Source of the DNA: Deferribacterales bacterium
GTDB lineage: Bacteria > Chrysiogenota > Deferribacteres > Deferribacterales > Geovibrionaceae
Direction of reading: 5' to 3'
Length of the DNA: 63,406 bases
Assembly: GCA_050251945.1 (NCBI GenBank)
Contig: JBFWLW010000014.1
Coordinates: 1 to 63,406, forward strand
Both the position numbers and the translations under genes were made by a program. The notes below the pieces were generated by a model. The model saw only the letters and a program-made list of their open reading frames with translations. It did not search any database and was not told the origin of the DNA. Shown in pieces: positions 20,732-30,416 of the stretch (positions within the stretch are counted from its first letter, which is position 1; each line of letters opens with the position of its first letter).

Positions 20732-22636
20732 TTACTTTGTATAGTACTGCTGGTATTGAGGGCTGACCTCAATTTTCGCTTTCTTCTTAAGAGCATCCAC
20801 ATAATCTTTCAGCGCTTCGTTCTGTTTAACGCCGAGAAGAGCGGAGACTATCTGATCTTTCTGTTCAGCCGCAACAGGAGCCGCCGGAGGCGTCAGGCTT
20901 ACAACCTGAACAAGGAATACTTTGCCGCCCACTGTGTAGGGTTTTGCAAGGAAAGATCCGGGTTTGGCTTTGAAAACAGCATCCATAAGGTCGTTGTTCA
21001 TACCAAGATTCTCAATGGGTTCGTTGCGGTTGAAAGCTTTGGGAGTGACAAAAGTTTTGCCTGTTTTGGAAGCCGCTTCCTGAATAGATGCAAGTTTGCC
21101 CGCTTCCGCAGCCGCTTTTTCTGCAGCTTTGACGCTTTCCTGTGCTTTGTATTCACCCTCGACCTGAGCTTTGATGTCTTCAAACTTAGGAATATAAGAG
21201 GGGAACTTGTCAGTCATTTCAAAAATGACCTTTTTGTCGTCAAAGTCAATTATCTGGCTGACTTCTGTTTTTGTCATTGACATCAGCTTTTTGGCGATGT
21301 CGGGTTTACCTTCAAGTGCTGTTCCTGTACCTGTTTCGGTAACACCGTTGATTGTTGCGAGAGGAAGTTTTCCGCCGTTCTTTTTATTGAACGCCGTGAT
21401 GTTGGATTCGGCAACAATCTCTTTGTATTTGTCAAAGACGAAGCTTTTGAAAGCCGCCTGACCTTTTTCTTTTTTGATAAGTTCGGTTATCTGAGGTTTC
21501 GCCTGTTCCATGGTGGGGCTTGTCTCAATTTTGTGATCGGTCACTTTAATGATGTGGTAGCCGAACTGGGTTTTGACAATACCGGAAATTTCGCCGGCTT
21601 TAAGTTTGAAAGCTTCCGCTTCAAACTGGGGAACCATCTGACCTTTGGTGAAATAGCCGAGATCGCCGCCGTTTTGTCCGCTTGAATCTGCGGAGTATTT
21701 TTTAGCAAGCTCTGCAAAGTCGCCGCCCGTTTTGACCATTCCGAGAACTTCTTTGGCAAGTTTTTCTTTTGCTTCCGCGTCCTGTTTGTTGTTCCAGTTA
21801 TCGACTTTGAAAAGGATGTGGGATGCTCTCACGCTTTCCGGCTGTGTAAGAGATGCTTTGTTTCTTATGAAGTAGTCTTCCACTTCTTTATCGGAAACCG
21901 GAATCTCGAGGTTTTTCATCAGTGCGGGGTCAAATACCAGTGCGATGAAGTTTGCTTTTTCGGGAACTCTGTATTCTTCTTTGTTATCTTCGTAGTATTT
22001 TTTTACAGCTTTTTCGTCGATTTTGACTGACGCAGTAAAGTCGTTAGCATCGAACTCTATATAGTTGACAGTGGCGCTTGTGTTACGGAATTTGTATTCC
22101 ATATCCACTTCTTTGTCGGTTACAGACACGCTGTTTTTTATTATTTCAGACATCTTCTGGTTTGTGATGTCCTCTTTGACCTTTTGTTCAAATGCAGCGG
22201 GTGTCATTCTGTTTCTGGCAAGGATTCCGGTGTATTGCTCAATGTTGAACTGACCGTCAACCTGAAACGACTGCATATTTTGGATATACATCTGAACTTC
22301 CGCATCGGAGACGGGAATGTTCAGCCTTTTTGCCTCTTCAATGAGGAGCGCCTGACCGATGAGGTCGTTCATGACTGTTTTTTCGAGCAGGTTGTCTTTC
22401 ATAAGCTGATCGACCTGATTTCCGAAAAGACTGCGGAAATTCTCTCTGGTGGCGTCAAGTTTCTGGCTGAAATCTGCGTCGGATATGACAGTGTCGTTGA
22501 CCTTTAAAGCGTAGTGGCTTTGGGCAACCTTATCGCCTATACCCCATGCGAAAAAGATGGTAGCAACAAAAGCCGCTATCACAAACCAAAGGGCAAAAAC
22601 TGTCATCTTTTTTTGTTGTCTGAGTCTGGAGATCAT
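20732..22636 (-). CDS. ppiD: PpiD-like membrane-anchored parvulin chaperone (SurA N-terminal domain)
   Basis: N-terminal TM anchor, VRASHILF, GGDLGYF, FGYHIIK. Confidence 0.82.
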   Translation of the reverse strand: MISRLRQQKKMTVFALWFVIAAFVATIFFAWGIGDKVAQSHYALKVNDTVISDADFSQKLDATRENFRSLFGNQVDQLMKDNLLEKTVMNDLIGQALLIEEAKRLNIPVSDAEVQMYIQNMQSFQVDGQFNIEQYTGILARNRMTPAAFEQKVKEDITNQKMSEIIKNSVSVTDKEVDMEYKFRNTSATVNYIEFDANDFTASVKIDEKAVKKYYEDNKEEYRVPEKANFIALVFDPALMKNLEIPVSDKEVEDYFIRNKASLTQPESVRASHILFKVDNWNNKQDAEAKEKLAKEVLGMVKTGGDFAELAKKYSADSSGQNGGDLGYFTKGQMVPQFEAEAFKLKAGEISGIVKTQFGYHIIKVTDHKIETSPTMEQAKPQITELIKKEKGQAAFKSFVFDKYKEIVAESNITAFNKKNGGKLPLATINGVTETGTGTALEGKPDIAKKLMSMTKTEVSQIIDFDDKKVIFEMTDKFPSYIPKFEDIKAQVEGEYKAQESVKAAEKAAAEAGKLASIQEAASKTGKTFVTPKAFNRNEPIENLGMNNDLMDAVFKAKPGSFLAKPYTVGGKVFLVQVVSLTPPAAPVAAEQKDQIVSALLGVKQNEALKDYVDALKKKAKIEVSPQYQQYYTK

Positions 22637-22685
22637 ATTGAAGTACCTCGTGAGGCAATATTTGACTGATATATTAAAAATTTAA

Positions 22686-22789
22686 GACCCGACAGGGTGG
22701 CTCCGGCACACAAATTAACCCACTACCGTTGCTTTCTTCCGAACCTGGCGGGGTTCGCGGGAAATTCATTGCAGAGACCCCATCGGGCC
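22686..22789 (-). ncRNA. ffs: Signal recognition particle RNA (small type)
   Basis: Minus-strand GAACCCCGCCAGGTTCGGAAGAAAGCAACGGTAG domain IV motif in a long hairpin; follows tRNA-Ser. Confidence 0.9.
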
Positions 22790-22819
22790 AGCCTGATATT
22801 TATTTTTTAAGCATCAAAG

Positions 22820-22908
22820 CGGAGAGGGAGGGATTCGAACCCTCGGAACGCGTTAACGTTCACACACTTTCCAGGCGTGCTCCTTCAGCCTGACTCGGAC
22901 ACCTCTCC
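22820..22908 (-). tRNA. tRNA-Ser(GGA), CCA not encoded
   Basis: GGAGAGG acceptor stem, anticodon loop CT-GGA-AA, long variable arm, GGTTCGAATCC. Confidence 0.94.
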
Positions 22909-23001
22909 TTTGTGATTCCAAAAAGGAATCAAATGTATATCAGGCTTTCACTTTAATGTCAATAGCGTGGTTTGATTCTCCACGCATTATTTTGCGCCCT
23001 G

Positions 23002-23415
23002 CTATTTAACGATTATTTTAGCAGGTTTGTCGGTCTTTTTTATCTTGTAATAAACGTACGGAGCATACCATTCGTTTGAGCATGCCACAGGTTCCGCATA
23101 AACTACAATAGATTTCTCAGTTTCGTCGATGCGGTATACCTTTATGCATGAATCGCCCGCTGCCTTGCCGAAATAGGCGACCATCAGCGAGAAATTCTCA
23201 TAATCAAACGGTTGCGTGCTTTTGTTTATGATAGTTCTTGCCCTGTGGAAAGCATTGTATTCTTCGTCCGAATTGAATATCTTAACACCATAAACAGGGC
23301 GTCCCACAGGAGCGAAACCGTTTACCTTTTCAAAAGAAGAGAGTGTGCTCCTGTCGCCCATGGCAAAAGCAATGGCGGCAGTGCAAATTAATATTGATAT
23401 AATTATGGTTTTCAT
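23002..23415 (-). CDS. Small exported protein, PrcB C-terminal-domain-like
   Basis: Signal peptide; FDYENFSLMVAYFG...YAPYVYYKIKK resembles PrcB_C (from memory, not searched). Confidence 0.5.
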   Translation of the reverse strand: MKTIIISILICTAAIAFAMGDRSTLSSFEKVNGFAPVGRPVYGVKIFNSDEEYNAFHRARTIINKSTQPFDYENFSLMVAYFGKAAGDSCIKVYRIDETEKSIVVYAEPVACSNEWYAPYVYYKIKKTDKPAKIIVK

Positions 23416-23502
23416 GTCACACCATTGAGGTATTAATTACTTTGTAGTAGCATACTAATATGATAATATCACGACAAAACAGTTCACGTCACGAGGTCAT
23501 TT

Positions 23503-24510
23503 ATGATTGCAAAATTTAAATTGTTGATTCTTGCCGCATTTCTGTCGGTATCTGTTTTTTCTGCTTCGGCTACGGATGTTACCGCCAAAATTATAGGAGG
23601 CACAACGGTTTCAAGCGGAGCTTACCCTTTTGTTGTTGCCATTCTTGATACCACAGGCGGTTCCACGGATTATAGCCAGCAGTTTTGCGGCGGAACGCTT
23701 ATCGACTCCCAATGGGTTATGACAGCTGCACATTGTATGGTTGATTACACCACAACAACAGCTATGAGCCACCTTCGCATTTTGACCGGAACCAATACTC
23801 TTTCCACAACAACGACAAGTTCGGGAACAAAGGTCAGTGTTTCCGCTGTTTATGTTCATGAAAGTTACAACAGCACTACATATGAAAACGATATCGCTCT
23901 CGTTAAACTGAGCTCTGCTGTTTCGTCTGACCCCATTGACAGTCTTTCAACATCCACATACACGGGGTTTGTTACCGGAGATGATGCCACGGTTGCGGGG
24001 TGGGGTTCAACAGCTTATCCTGCCACAGCCCATTCCTATCCGACCGATCTTATGGAAGTTGACCTGCCTATCGTGTCAAACGCAACTTGCAGCGGAAGCT
24101 ACAGCACTATCACCGATAACATGCTCTGTGCCGGCTATTCTTCCGGCGGCAAAGATTCATGCTCCGGTGACAGCGGCGGTCCTCTGTTTGTCAATGACGG
24201 TTCATCAAATATTGTTGTCGGCATCGTCAGCAACGGCACCGGCTGTGCGCTTGCCGGATACTACGGCGTATACACCAGAGTCTCTCAGTATGCCTCATGG
24301 GTTGATGGAAAGATGAGCGGCACATCCACCGACAGTGGAAGTACCGATTCCGATACGGACAGCAGCACCGACACTGATTCCGGTTCAACAGACAGCAGTT
24401 CCGGCGGCGGTGGAGGCGGATGTTCTGCATCAAGAGACGGTTCGCCAATCGCTCTGGTTCTTATGTTCATTGCAGGCGGAATATACCTGATACGCAGAAA
24501 AAGAGCATAA
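23503..24510 (+). CDS. Secreted trypsin-like (S1A) serine protease with a C-terminal Gly-Cys/TM/basic sorting signal
   Basis: K|IIGG activation site, TAAHC, NDIAL, KDSCSGDSGGP; Ser/Thr/Asp linker; GGGGGGCSA + TM + RRKRA. Confidence 0.9.
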   Translation: MIAKFKLLILAAFLSVSVFSASATDVTAKIIGGTTVSSGAYPFVVAILDTTGGSTDYSQQFCGGTLIDSQWVMTAAHCMVDYTTTTAMSHLRILTGTNTLSTTTTSSGTKVSVSAVYVHESYNSTTYENDIALVKLSSAVSSDPIDSLSTSTYTGFVTGDDATVAGWGSTAYPATAHSYPTDLMEVDLPIVSNATCSGSYSTITDNMLCAGYSSGGKDSCSGDSGGPLFVNDGSSNIVVGIVSNGTGCALAGYYGVYTRVSQYASWVDGKMSGTSTDSGSTDSDTDSSTDTDSGSTDSSSGGGGGGCSASRDGSPIALVLMFIAGGIYLIRRKRA

Positions 24511-24549
24511 CTCTTTCAGATACAGAAAAAGGCAGCTGTCCGGCTGCCT

Positions 24550-24689
24550 CAGACTGATGACAAACAATTTAAAACCAATGAGATTGCCGCGTCAGCCGAT
24601 AGGCTTCCTCGCAATGACAGCAAATTATGTCTTCGCGAGAAGCGTAGCGACGAAGAGATCTCGTCTTTTTTATACTTTGTCAAAACCAA
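24550..24689 (+). mobile_element. MITE copy C
   Basis: Left end CAGACTGATGACAAA, degenerate right end TTTGTCAAAACC; duplicated hairpin AGGCAGCTGTC(C/A)GGCTGCCT at 24530-24549 and 24690-24709. Confidence 0.78.
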
Positions 24690-24731
24690 AGGCAGCTGTC
24701 AGGCTGCCTTTTTTAATGGTCTTTTAATCTT

Positions 24732-25943
24732 TTACTGTGCTTCCAGAACCTGCATACCGAAATCTCTGCCCCATTGATAAGCCTCTCTGAGCTCATGCTC
24801 TGAGGGAGTCATCTTCACTTTGAAGGAAGGCAGTGGAGTCTTCATACGCATGGTCTTCATGATATCCTCAGACACCTTGACGCCTTCGCCGCTCCAGCCG
24901 TATGAGCCGAAACACCCGCCGAGCCTGTTCACAACGTTGAGAACAACGAAATATGAGAAAAGCTCAAGCACAGGGTGGGGCGCCTTTGCGTTGAGTGTCG
25001 GTGTCCCTATCAGCACGCCGTGGGATATCTCTATAGAGTCGATAAGAGTCATTATATCAGTTGTTGCGGAATCGTACATGTCAACGCGTACGCCGACCTC
25101 TTCGATGCCTGCGCGTATCTGGTCGGCAAGCTTTTTGGTGTTGCCGTATGCTGTAGCGTAGACCAGAGTGACCTGACGGTTCGTCATGTTCTTATAATAG
25201 CGGGCGGCAGATTTTTCATAGAAATCTATGTAAAAACCGATATCTTCCACCAGAACAGGACCGTGGGAAGGGCATACCATATCAATCTTAAGCCCTTCAA
25301 TCTTTTGCAGAGCTTTGGTTATATGTTCTTTGTAGGGGCGCATGATCATGGAATAGTAGAAGCGGAACGCCTCTTTTGCCGTTTCTTTTTCCGCTATGTC
25401 TTTGTTCAGCAGTATTTCATCTTTGGGACAGTAATGCGCACCGAGAAAGTCGCAGGGAAAGAGCATTGCCTCTTCCACCAGATAGGTGAACATCGTGTCC
25501 GGCCAGTGCAGGAAAGGCGTATGGAAGAAACGAAGCGTCTTCCCGCCGAGATCTATAACATCCTCATCCCCTACGGCTCTTCCTTTAAAGTCACGGTTGA
25601 CTATATTTTCAACGAAAGTCTTTGCCGTTTTGGAATAGATGACCTCCATATCCGGGTTGAGATCAAGCAGTACGGGCAGCGCGCCGGAGTGATCCGGTTC
25701 GTTGTGGTTCAGAATGATATAATCAATCTCGCTCACAGGCACGATCTCTTCTATTCGGGCTATGTATTCCTTCTGAAAATTAAGCTTACAGCCTTCTATC
25801 AGGGCAGTTTTATCTTTGCCTATAACAAGATAGCTATTGTAAGTCGTTCCGTGTTCCGTGGGGATAACTATGTCGAAAATCTCAAGCTCCGGGTCTTTAA
25901 CACCAACCCAGTAAACATCCTTTTTCAGCAGAGTAGCATGCAT
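24732..25943 (-). CDS. fprA: Class A flavodiiron protein (O2/NO reductase)
   Basis: GTTYNSYL, HNEPDHSG, HWPD, PSHGP, flavodoxin domain FGSYGWSG. Confidence 0.9.
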   Translation of the reverse strand: MHATLLKKDVYWVGVKDPELEIFDIVIPTEHGTTYNSYLVIGKDKTALIEGCKLNFQKEYIARIEEIVPVSEIDYIILNHNEPDHSGALPVLLDLNPDMEVIYSKTAKTFVENIVNRDFKGRAVGDEDVIDLGGKTLRFFHTPFLHWPDTMFTYLVEEAMLFPCDFLGAHYCPKDEILLNKDIAEKETAKEAFRFYYSMIMRPYKEHITKALQKIEGLKIDMVCPSHGPVLVEDIGFYIDFYEKSAARYYKNMTNRQVTLVYATAYGNTKKLADQIRAGIEEVGVRVDMYDSATTDIMTLIDSIEISHGVLIGTPTLNAKAPHPVLELFSYFVVLNVVNRLGGCFGSYGWSGEGVKVSEDIMKTMRMKTPLPSFKVKMTPSEHELREAYQWGRDFGMQVLEAQ

Positions 25944-25966
25944 ATTTCCTCCAAGAAAAATAAGTG

Positions 25967-26002
25967 AAAAAAAGCCGCCGTAATTCTATGCGCGGCGGCT
26001 TT
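25967..26002 (-). terminator. Hairpin + U-tract between the rubredoxin gene and fprA
   Basis: AAAGCCGCCG...CGGCGGCTTT, with a T7 tract on the minus strand. Confidence 0.65.
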
Positions 26003-26007
26003 ATTTC

Positions 26008-26169
26008 TTAGTCCTGATAAGCCTCAAAGCTGTCTTTGCCTACGCCGCATTCGGGGCAGACCCAGTCTTCGGGGATATCTTCAAAAGCTGTTCCGGGGTC
26101 GATACCGCCATCGGGATCGCCCACTTCAGGGTCATAAATCCAGCCGCAAATTGTGCAGATATACTTCAT
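26008..26169 (-). CDS. Rubredoxin (53 aa)
   Basis: [10 protein letters not shown]...WVCPECG; AGGAGG RBS before ATG 26169. Confidence 0.95.
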   Translation of the reverse strand: MKYICTICGWIYDPEVGDPDGGIDPGTAFEDIPEDWVCPECGVGKDSFEAYQD

Positions 26170-26213
26170 GGTTGCCTCCTTATAATAAGAGTATACTGGT
26201 CTTTTTATGCAAG

Positions 26214-27203
26214 TCAAATCTTTTTAGTTTCAGTGTTCTTAATACCTATCTTCTTGAGCAGTCTGTCTTTTATAGTGCTTATCACTGTGCTGTAATCCTT
26301 GTCTGCAAGGTTAAGCTGACCGCCGGCAGATTTCATATGTCCGCCGCCTGTTCCAAGCCCTTTGACAAGACCTATTGCCATTCTGCCCACTGCCGTTCTT
26401 GTAGATTTTGAACGGAGGGAGAAAAAACCGCAGTTATCTATTCTGCCTACAACGAACGTCCATTTTATGTCTCTCATGCGAAGCAGAAAATCGCTCGTTT
26501 CCGCTATCAGGTCAGCGTTTCGCACTTCGCCCAGATCGCAGAAGATCAGGCTTTCGATTATCTCGGAACATTCTACTGCTTTTTTCAGGTTTTTGAAATA
26601 GTATCTGGGGACTTCGGGGTTTTCAATTTTTGTGAGTTTTTTGTGTGAGATATAGGGGAAAATGTAGGACATCATAGCTTTGTCTTCGCAGGTGTTCGTA
26701 CGCCCCGAACCGACTGTGTCGGTCTTTATGCCGTAATAAAGTGCCGTTGCCGTGTCCGTGTCCGGAATAATGCTCAGGCGCTTCATGTATTCGGTGATTA
26801 TGGTGCTTGTGCTGCCTGCATCCTGTCTTACATCGTGCAGGCGGATTTCCGAGGTTGTATGCCTGTAGTTGTGATGATCAATCACCACATCTGCTTTAAA
26901 CCCTTCCGGAATATAAACGTTTCCTGCCTTGGGCTGAGTATCCACAACTATGAGGTAGTCGTATCTGGCAAAGTTCAGCTTTGCAGAGCTGTGCATCTCT
27001 ATTTTGCATAAACGCAGAAGCTCACGGTTCTCGGCTCTGCCAACGATACCGTAAAATCCTATTGTACATCGTTTTTTGAGTTTAGCGGAAAGGATATACT
27101 TCATTCCGGTGGCAGCCGCAATGGTATCAGGATCAGGGTTGTTATGAGTGAGTATCAGAACCTTTCGCTTAGGTTTGATATCGTCTAGTATCCTGTCTAT
27201 CAT
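26214..27203 (-). CDS. DHH-family phosphoesterase (DHH + DHHA1)
   Basis: HNNPDPD, IDHH, GIKTDT, GGGH. Confidence 0.88.
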   Translation of the reverse strand: MIDRILDDIKPKRKVLILTHNNPDPDTIAAATGMKYILSAKLKKRCTIGFYGIVGRAENRELLRLCKIEMHSSAKLNFARYDYLIVVDTQPKAGNVYIPEGFKADVVIDHHNYRHTTSEIRLHDVRQDAGSTSTIITEYMKRLSIIPDTDTATALYYGIKTDTVGSGRTNTCEDKAMMSYIFPYISHKKLTKIENPEVPRYYFKNLKKAVECSEIIESLIFCDLGEVRNADLIAETSDFLLRMRDIKWTFVVGRIDNCGFFSLRSKSTRTAVGRMAIGLVKGLGTGGGHMKSAGGQLNLADKDYSTVISTIKDRLLKKIGIKNTETKKI

Positions 27204-27214
27204 GATAAAGATTA

Positions 27215-28243
27215 TTACTCCTGCGAGGTAAAATCAAGGAGAATATTCCCGCCTTCAAGTTTTGACGCTGTGAAACCGTATTCTTTCTGTATGCCTTGCA
27301 GTTTTTTAAGAAGCATATCCGGTGAAACGTATATTTCCGCTTCAATATCCAGAGATTTTTCGGCGAAACCTTTTATGCTGTAATTAGTTATAAAAGTTTT
27401 CCTTTTGAGTGCTTCCATGAGGTTCTTGGGGGTTGCAAAGTTGGCGTAATTAGCTGCTGTAAGAGTTATTTTTGTGAGTTCTCTGTCCAGAGATGGAGTC
27501 GGGATTGCTCCTGCGCGTACTGAATAGAGAGCAAGATCCATTGCGCTGTATATTGCTGATGCCACACACGAAACTTCAGACTGTCCCGTTCCTTCACCGG
27601 ATGTTTTAACCGCGGGGAATTCCTTTGCTTTTCCGGCAACACGGATACTCACCGTTGCGGAACATTTTCCGTCTCCAGCGACCGTATCTGTTTTTATATC
27701 AAAGAGGTACTGAGCTTTTGAATTCTGGAACGCTTCATACACCAGATCGGGCATAGCGCTGTCGGCGACTGTCGAAAGGAAATCCATCTGATATTTTGTA
27801 CTGAACGCATTCTTTTTCAGTGCGTTTGTTATGGCGGCATTATTTTCATAGTTATCGTGCAGTTCGTCTATGACATAAACTGCGTTATCTGTTCTGGATT
27901 TAATCATATATGCCACATCTGAAAGGCTCAGCTTGTCAACGTCCGCTATCACTGTATAGGTTATGGTGCCGTGGTTATATCTTCTGTCCACTATCTTATA
28001 GCTTCTGATGAATTTGAGGTATTCGGATGTTATCTCCGGCATGTCGGAATCGGGCTGATCCTCCTGCTGTCTTGAGAAATAGTTATAGAGAGCATTCAGC
28101 AGGGCGCTGTTCTTTGCTGATGTGTCCGCCTGTTTTATGTTGTCGTTATGAACTGTCACAGTTGCGGAACCGTTAACGACCGTTGCGTATGCATTTATTG
28201 TAAGGAGCAGAAAAACCGCACCTGTTGCCAGTAACTTATTCAT
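27215..28243 (-). CDS. Exported hypothetical protein, FlgT-N-like N-terminus
   Basis: Signal peptide, GGAG RBS, overlaps the lptD stop; family call tentative. Confidence 0.65.
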   Translation of the reverse strand: MNKLLATGAVFLLLTINAYATVVNGSATVTVHNDNIKQADTSAKNSALLNALYNYFSRQQEDQPDSDMPEITSEYLKFIRSYKIVDRRYNHGTITYTVIADVDKLSLSDVAYMIKSRTDNAVYVIDELHDNYENNAAITNALKKNAFSTKYQMDFLSTVADSAMPDLVYEAFQNSKAQYLFDIKTDTVAGDGKCSATVSIRVAGKAKEFPAVKTSGEGTGQSEVSCVASAIYSAMDLALYSVRAGAIPTPSLDRELTKITLTAANYANFATPKNLMEALKRKTFITNYSIKGFAEKSLDIEAEIYVSPDMLLKKLQGIQKEYGFTASKLEGGNILLDFTSQE

Positions 28244-30416
28244 TATTGTCTCCGTTCTCATTCGTTGTTGCAGTATACACAGACGATGTGTATTTTCCGA
28301 GACCTCTGAGTCCTATTGTCAGCATCACTATGTGTTCAACGTCGCTGTCGTTGCTGACTGAAACGTCTTTGATTTCTGTTTTTCTTTTGTATGTGATACC
28401 CGCTTCCCAGCATTCGCTCTTGTAAAGCAGATTGATCGCATCATCCACGGACGATTCTGCTTTCCATGAAAGCTTGTTGTTCCAGCCGGAGCTGGTTCTG
28501 CTGTAAGACAGGTCATACTTGGGAGTAGTATATGTCACTGTTCCCTGTATGGTAGTGTTTTTATCGTCGCTGGTTTCTTTATCGAACGCGTATTTGCCTG
28601 AAACTACTATTTTACCAAGTGATAAGCTGAGTCTGGTGAGGAGGAAATCCGCGTCTTTATCATAGTAGTTATATTCGTGTTCAAAATAGCTGTAAAAGCC
28701 GCCTGTTGTTGAAAATTCTATTTTGCTGACAAGGGGCTCATAGCGATGTTCCGCTCTTGTCATCTCATAGCCCTGAGTGTTCTCAAGTTTCAGCGCCCAG
28801 TCCGGGGATTTGAAATAGTTTTTAAGTGAGTAGGAATAGTTTTTCGTTTCGTCTATAACGTCCTGATCAATATAATCGAAAAGATTTGTCTGATCGACCT
28901 CCGGTGTCTGAACGTATCTGACAGTATTATATATTGAGTGGCGGAAGCCGCTGTAATTCTTATATATTTCCGCGAATGCAAACGAGTAGTCGATAGTATA
29001 CATCTGCCTGGTTATGGAATCTTCGTCAACGTCCAGATATGCCGTTCCGGAGTGGTTGTCGGTGCTTGGCATTGTAAGGTCGTAGTTGCTTTCGAAATCA
29101 TACCATTTGGTGTAATAACCGGTGACGGACGGTGTGAACGTACCAACATAAAGAGAGATAGGTTTGTAAAACATCAGGCTTACGTGGTCTCTGGTATAGT
29201 CCAATTTTTTGGTTTCCTTCGTATCAAGGTCATAGTCGTATATGAATTTTGTGTTTCTTACTTCATCATGCGCGGCGTAATACCTGACGTTCACCGGAGC
29301 AAGCGATATGTCTTTCTGCGCCGAAAGCTCGGGGCGAAGGTAGGTATGCTCTTTAAGGTATGTGCTTGTTATTGTGTATGACATTACGTCGTTGTATTTA
29401 AGTTCAAGGTCGCTGTATTTTGTTTCATACTGAAGCTGTAAGCTGTTGTAATATGTTTCGTCTTCGTTGTCGTAATCCTGGGCTATGGAATAGTCCTCAT
29501 AATCGTCCTGATAACTGTAATCGGATACCGCTTCCAGATCGATCTTAAGCCTGAGTTTGTCGGTTATGGCGATGCTCGACTTGTTATATATGAAAAAACG
29601 ACCGGAATCCGTTTCCGGGCCGGATATCTGTGCTTCTTCCGTGGGGGACTTTCTGTCTTTGGCTACGTACTCGAAATAGTTGTATATTTTAGTGTCTGTG
29701 CTGGGCGTCATGCGGAACTCATTGGCATAGAGTGTGTTTTCGTCCTGCGAAAAGGTAGCCGCAAAGGTTGTGTCTTTATCCACGTCGATGTTATAAAAGA
29801 ATTTCGGCTGAACGAACATTCCCAATGTTGAGCTGTAGCCCATACTGGGGATGAGTAAGCCTGTCTCTCTTTCGCTCTTTATAGGGTATATAATATAAGG
29901 TGAATAGAACACCGGAACGCTCTTTGCCCATCCCGCCACGTTAAAAGCCGAAAAATAGCCCCCTACGTCTATTTTTGCAGAGGATGCGGAGAGCGACCAT
30001 GCCGGGTCATCGCCGGAACAGGTGGTGAATGTGGTGTCGAAAAGCTTATAAGAATTCTTGCCTGTTTTGTGAACTTCTTTGGCGGAGAACCAGTTATATG
30101 GCTGAAGAAAAGCATCCGCATCATAAAACTTTCCGGTCTCTGTTTCGGTGTTGTATTCCATTCTCTCGCAGTCCACTGTTTCGTCTGTTTCCGTCATACG
30201 GACGTTGCCGTTCGCTTCCATATATCCTCTGTCCTTATAATAGAGAAGATCGTCGGAAGTGAGCGTGCGCTCGCCCTGAAAAACCTTTACGTTACCGGAT
30301 GCGTGATAGAAGTTCTGGTCGGACGAATCGACATTGTCCGCTTCAATAGTGACATTTTCAGCGGCATAAGACGACATACAGATGCAGACAATTATAATGG
30401 AGAGAATAAGTTTCAC
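28236..30416 (-). CDS. lptD: LPS-assembly protein LptD
   Basis: GTG start overlapping the folC stop, OstA-like N-domain, FTTCSGDDPAW, RETGLLIP, Tyr-rich barrel, ECW near the C-terminus. Confidence 0.85.
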   Translation of the reverse strand: MKLILSIIIVCICMSSYAAENVTIEADNVDSSDQNFYHASGNVKVFQGERTLTSDDLLYYKDRGYMEANGNVRMTETDETVDCERMEYNTETETGKFYDADAFLQPYNWFSAKEVHKTGKNSYKLFDTTFTTCSGDDPAWSLSASSAKIDVGGYFSAFNVAGWAKSVPVFYSPYIIYPIKSERETGLLIPSMGYSSTLGMFVQPKFFYNIDVDKDTTFAATFSQDENTLYANEFRMTPSTDTKIYNYFEYVAKDRKSPTEEAQISGPETDSGRFFIYNKSSIAITDKLRLKIDLEAVSDYSYQDDYEDYSIAQDYDNEDETYYNSLQLQYETKYSDLELKYNDVMSYTITSTYLKEHTYLRPELSAQKDISLAPVNVRYYAAHDEVRNTKFIYDYDLDTKETKKLDYTRDHVSLMFYKPISLYVGTFTPSVTGYYTKWYDFESNYDLTMPSTDNHSGTAYLDVDEDSITRQMYTIDYSFAFAEIYKNYSGFRHSIYNTVRYVQTPEVDQTNLFDYIDQDVIDETKNYSYSLKNYFKSPDWALKLENTQGYEMTRAEHRYEPLVSKIEFSTTGGFYSYFEHEYNYYDKDADFLLTRLSLSLGKIVVSGKYAFDKETSDDKNTTIQGTVTYTTPKYDLSYSRTSSGWNNKLSWKAESSVDDAINLLYKSECWEAGITYKRKTEIKDVSVSNDSDVEHIVMLTIGLRGLGKYTSSVYTATTNENGDNNE

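Noticed and set aside
22820..22908. Island integrated at tRNA-Ser or ffs
   Set aside because: No duplicated 3' end found by eye; ffs and ppiD follow directly
24313..24420. Low-complexity repeat-like DNA
   Set aside because: Encodes the Ser/Thr/Asp/Gly linker of the protease; not an independent repeat
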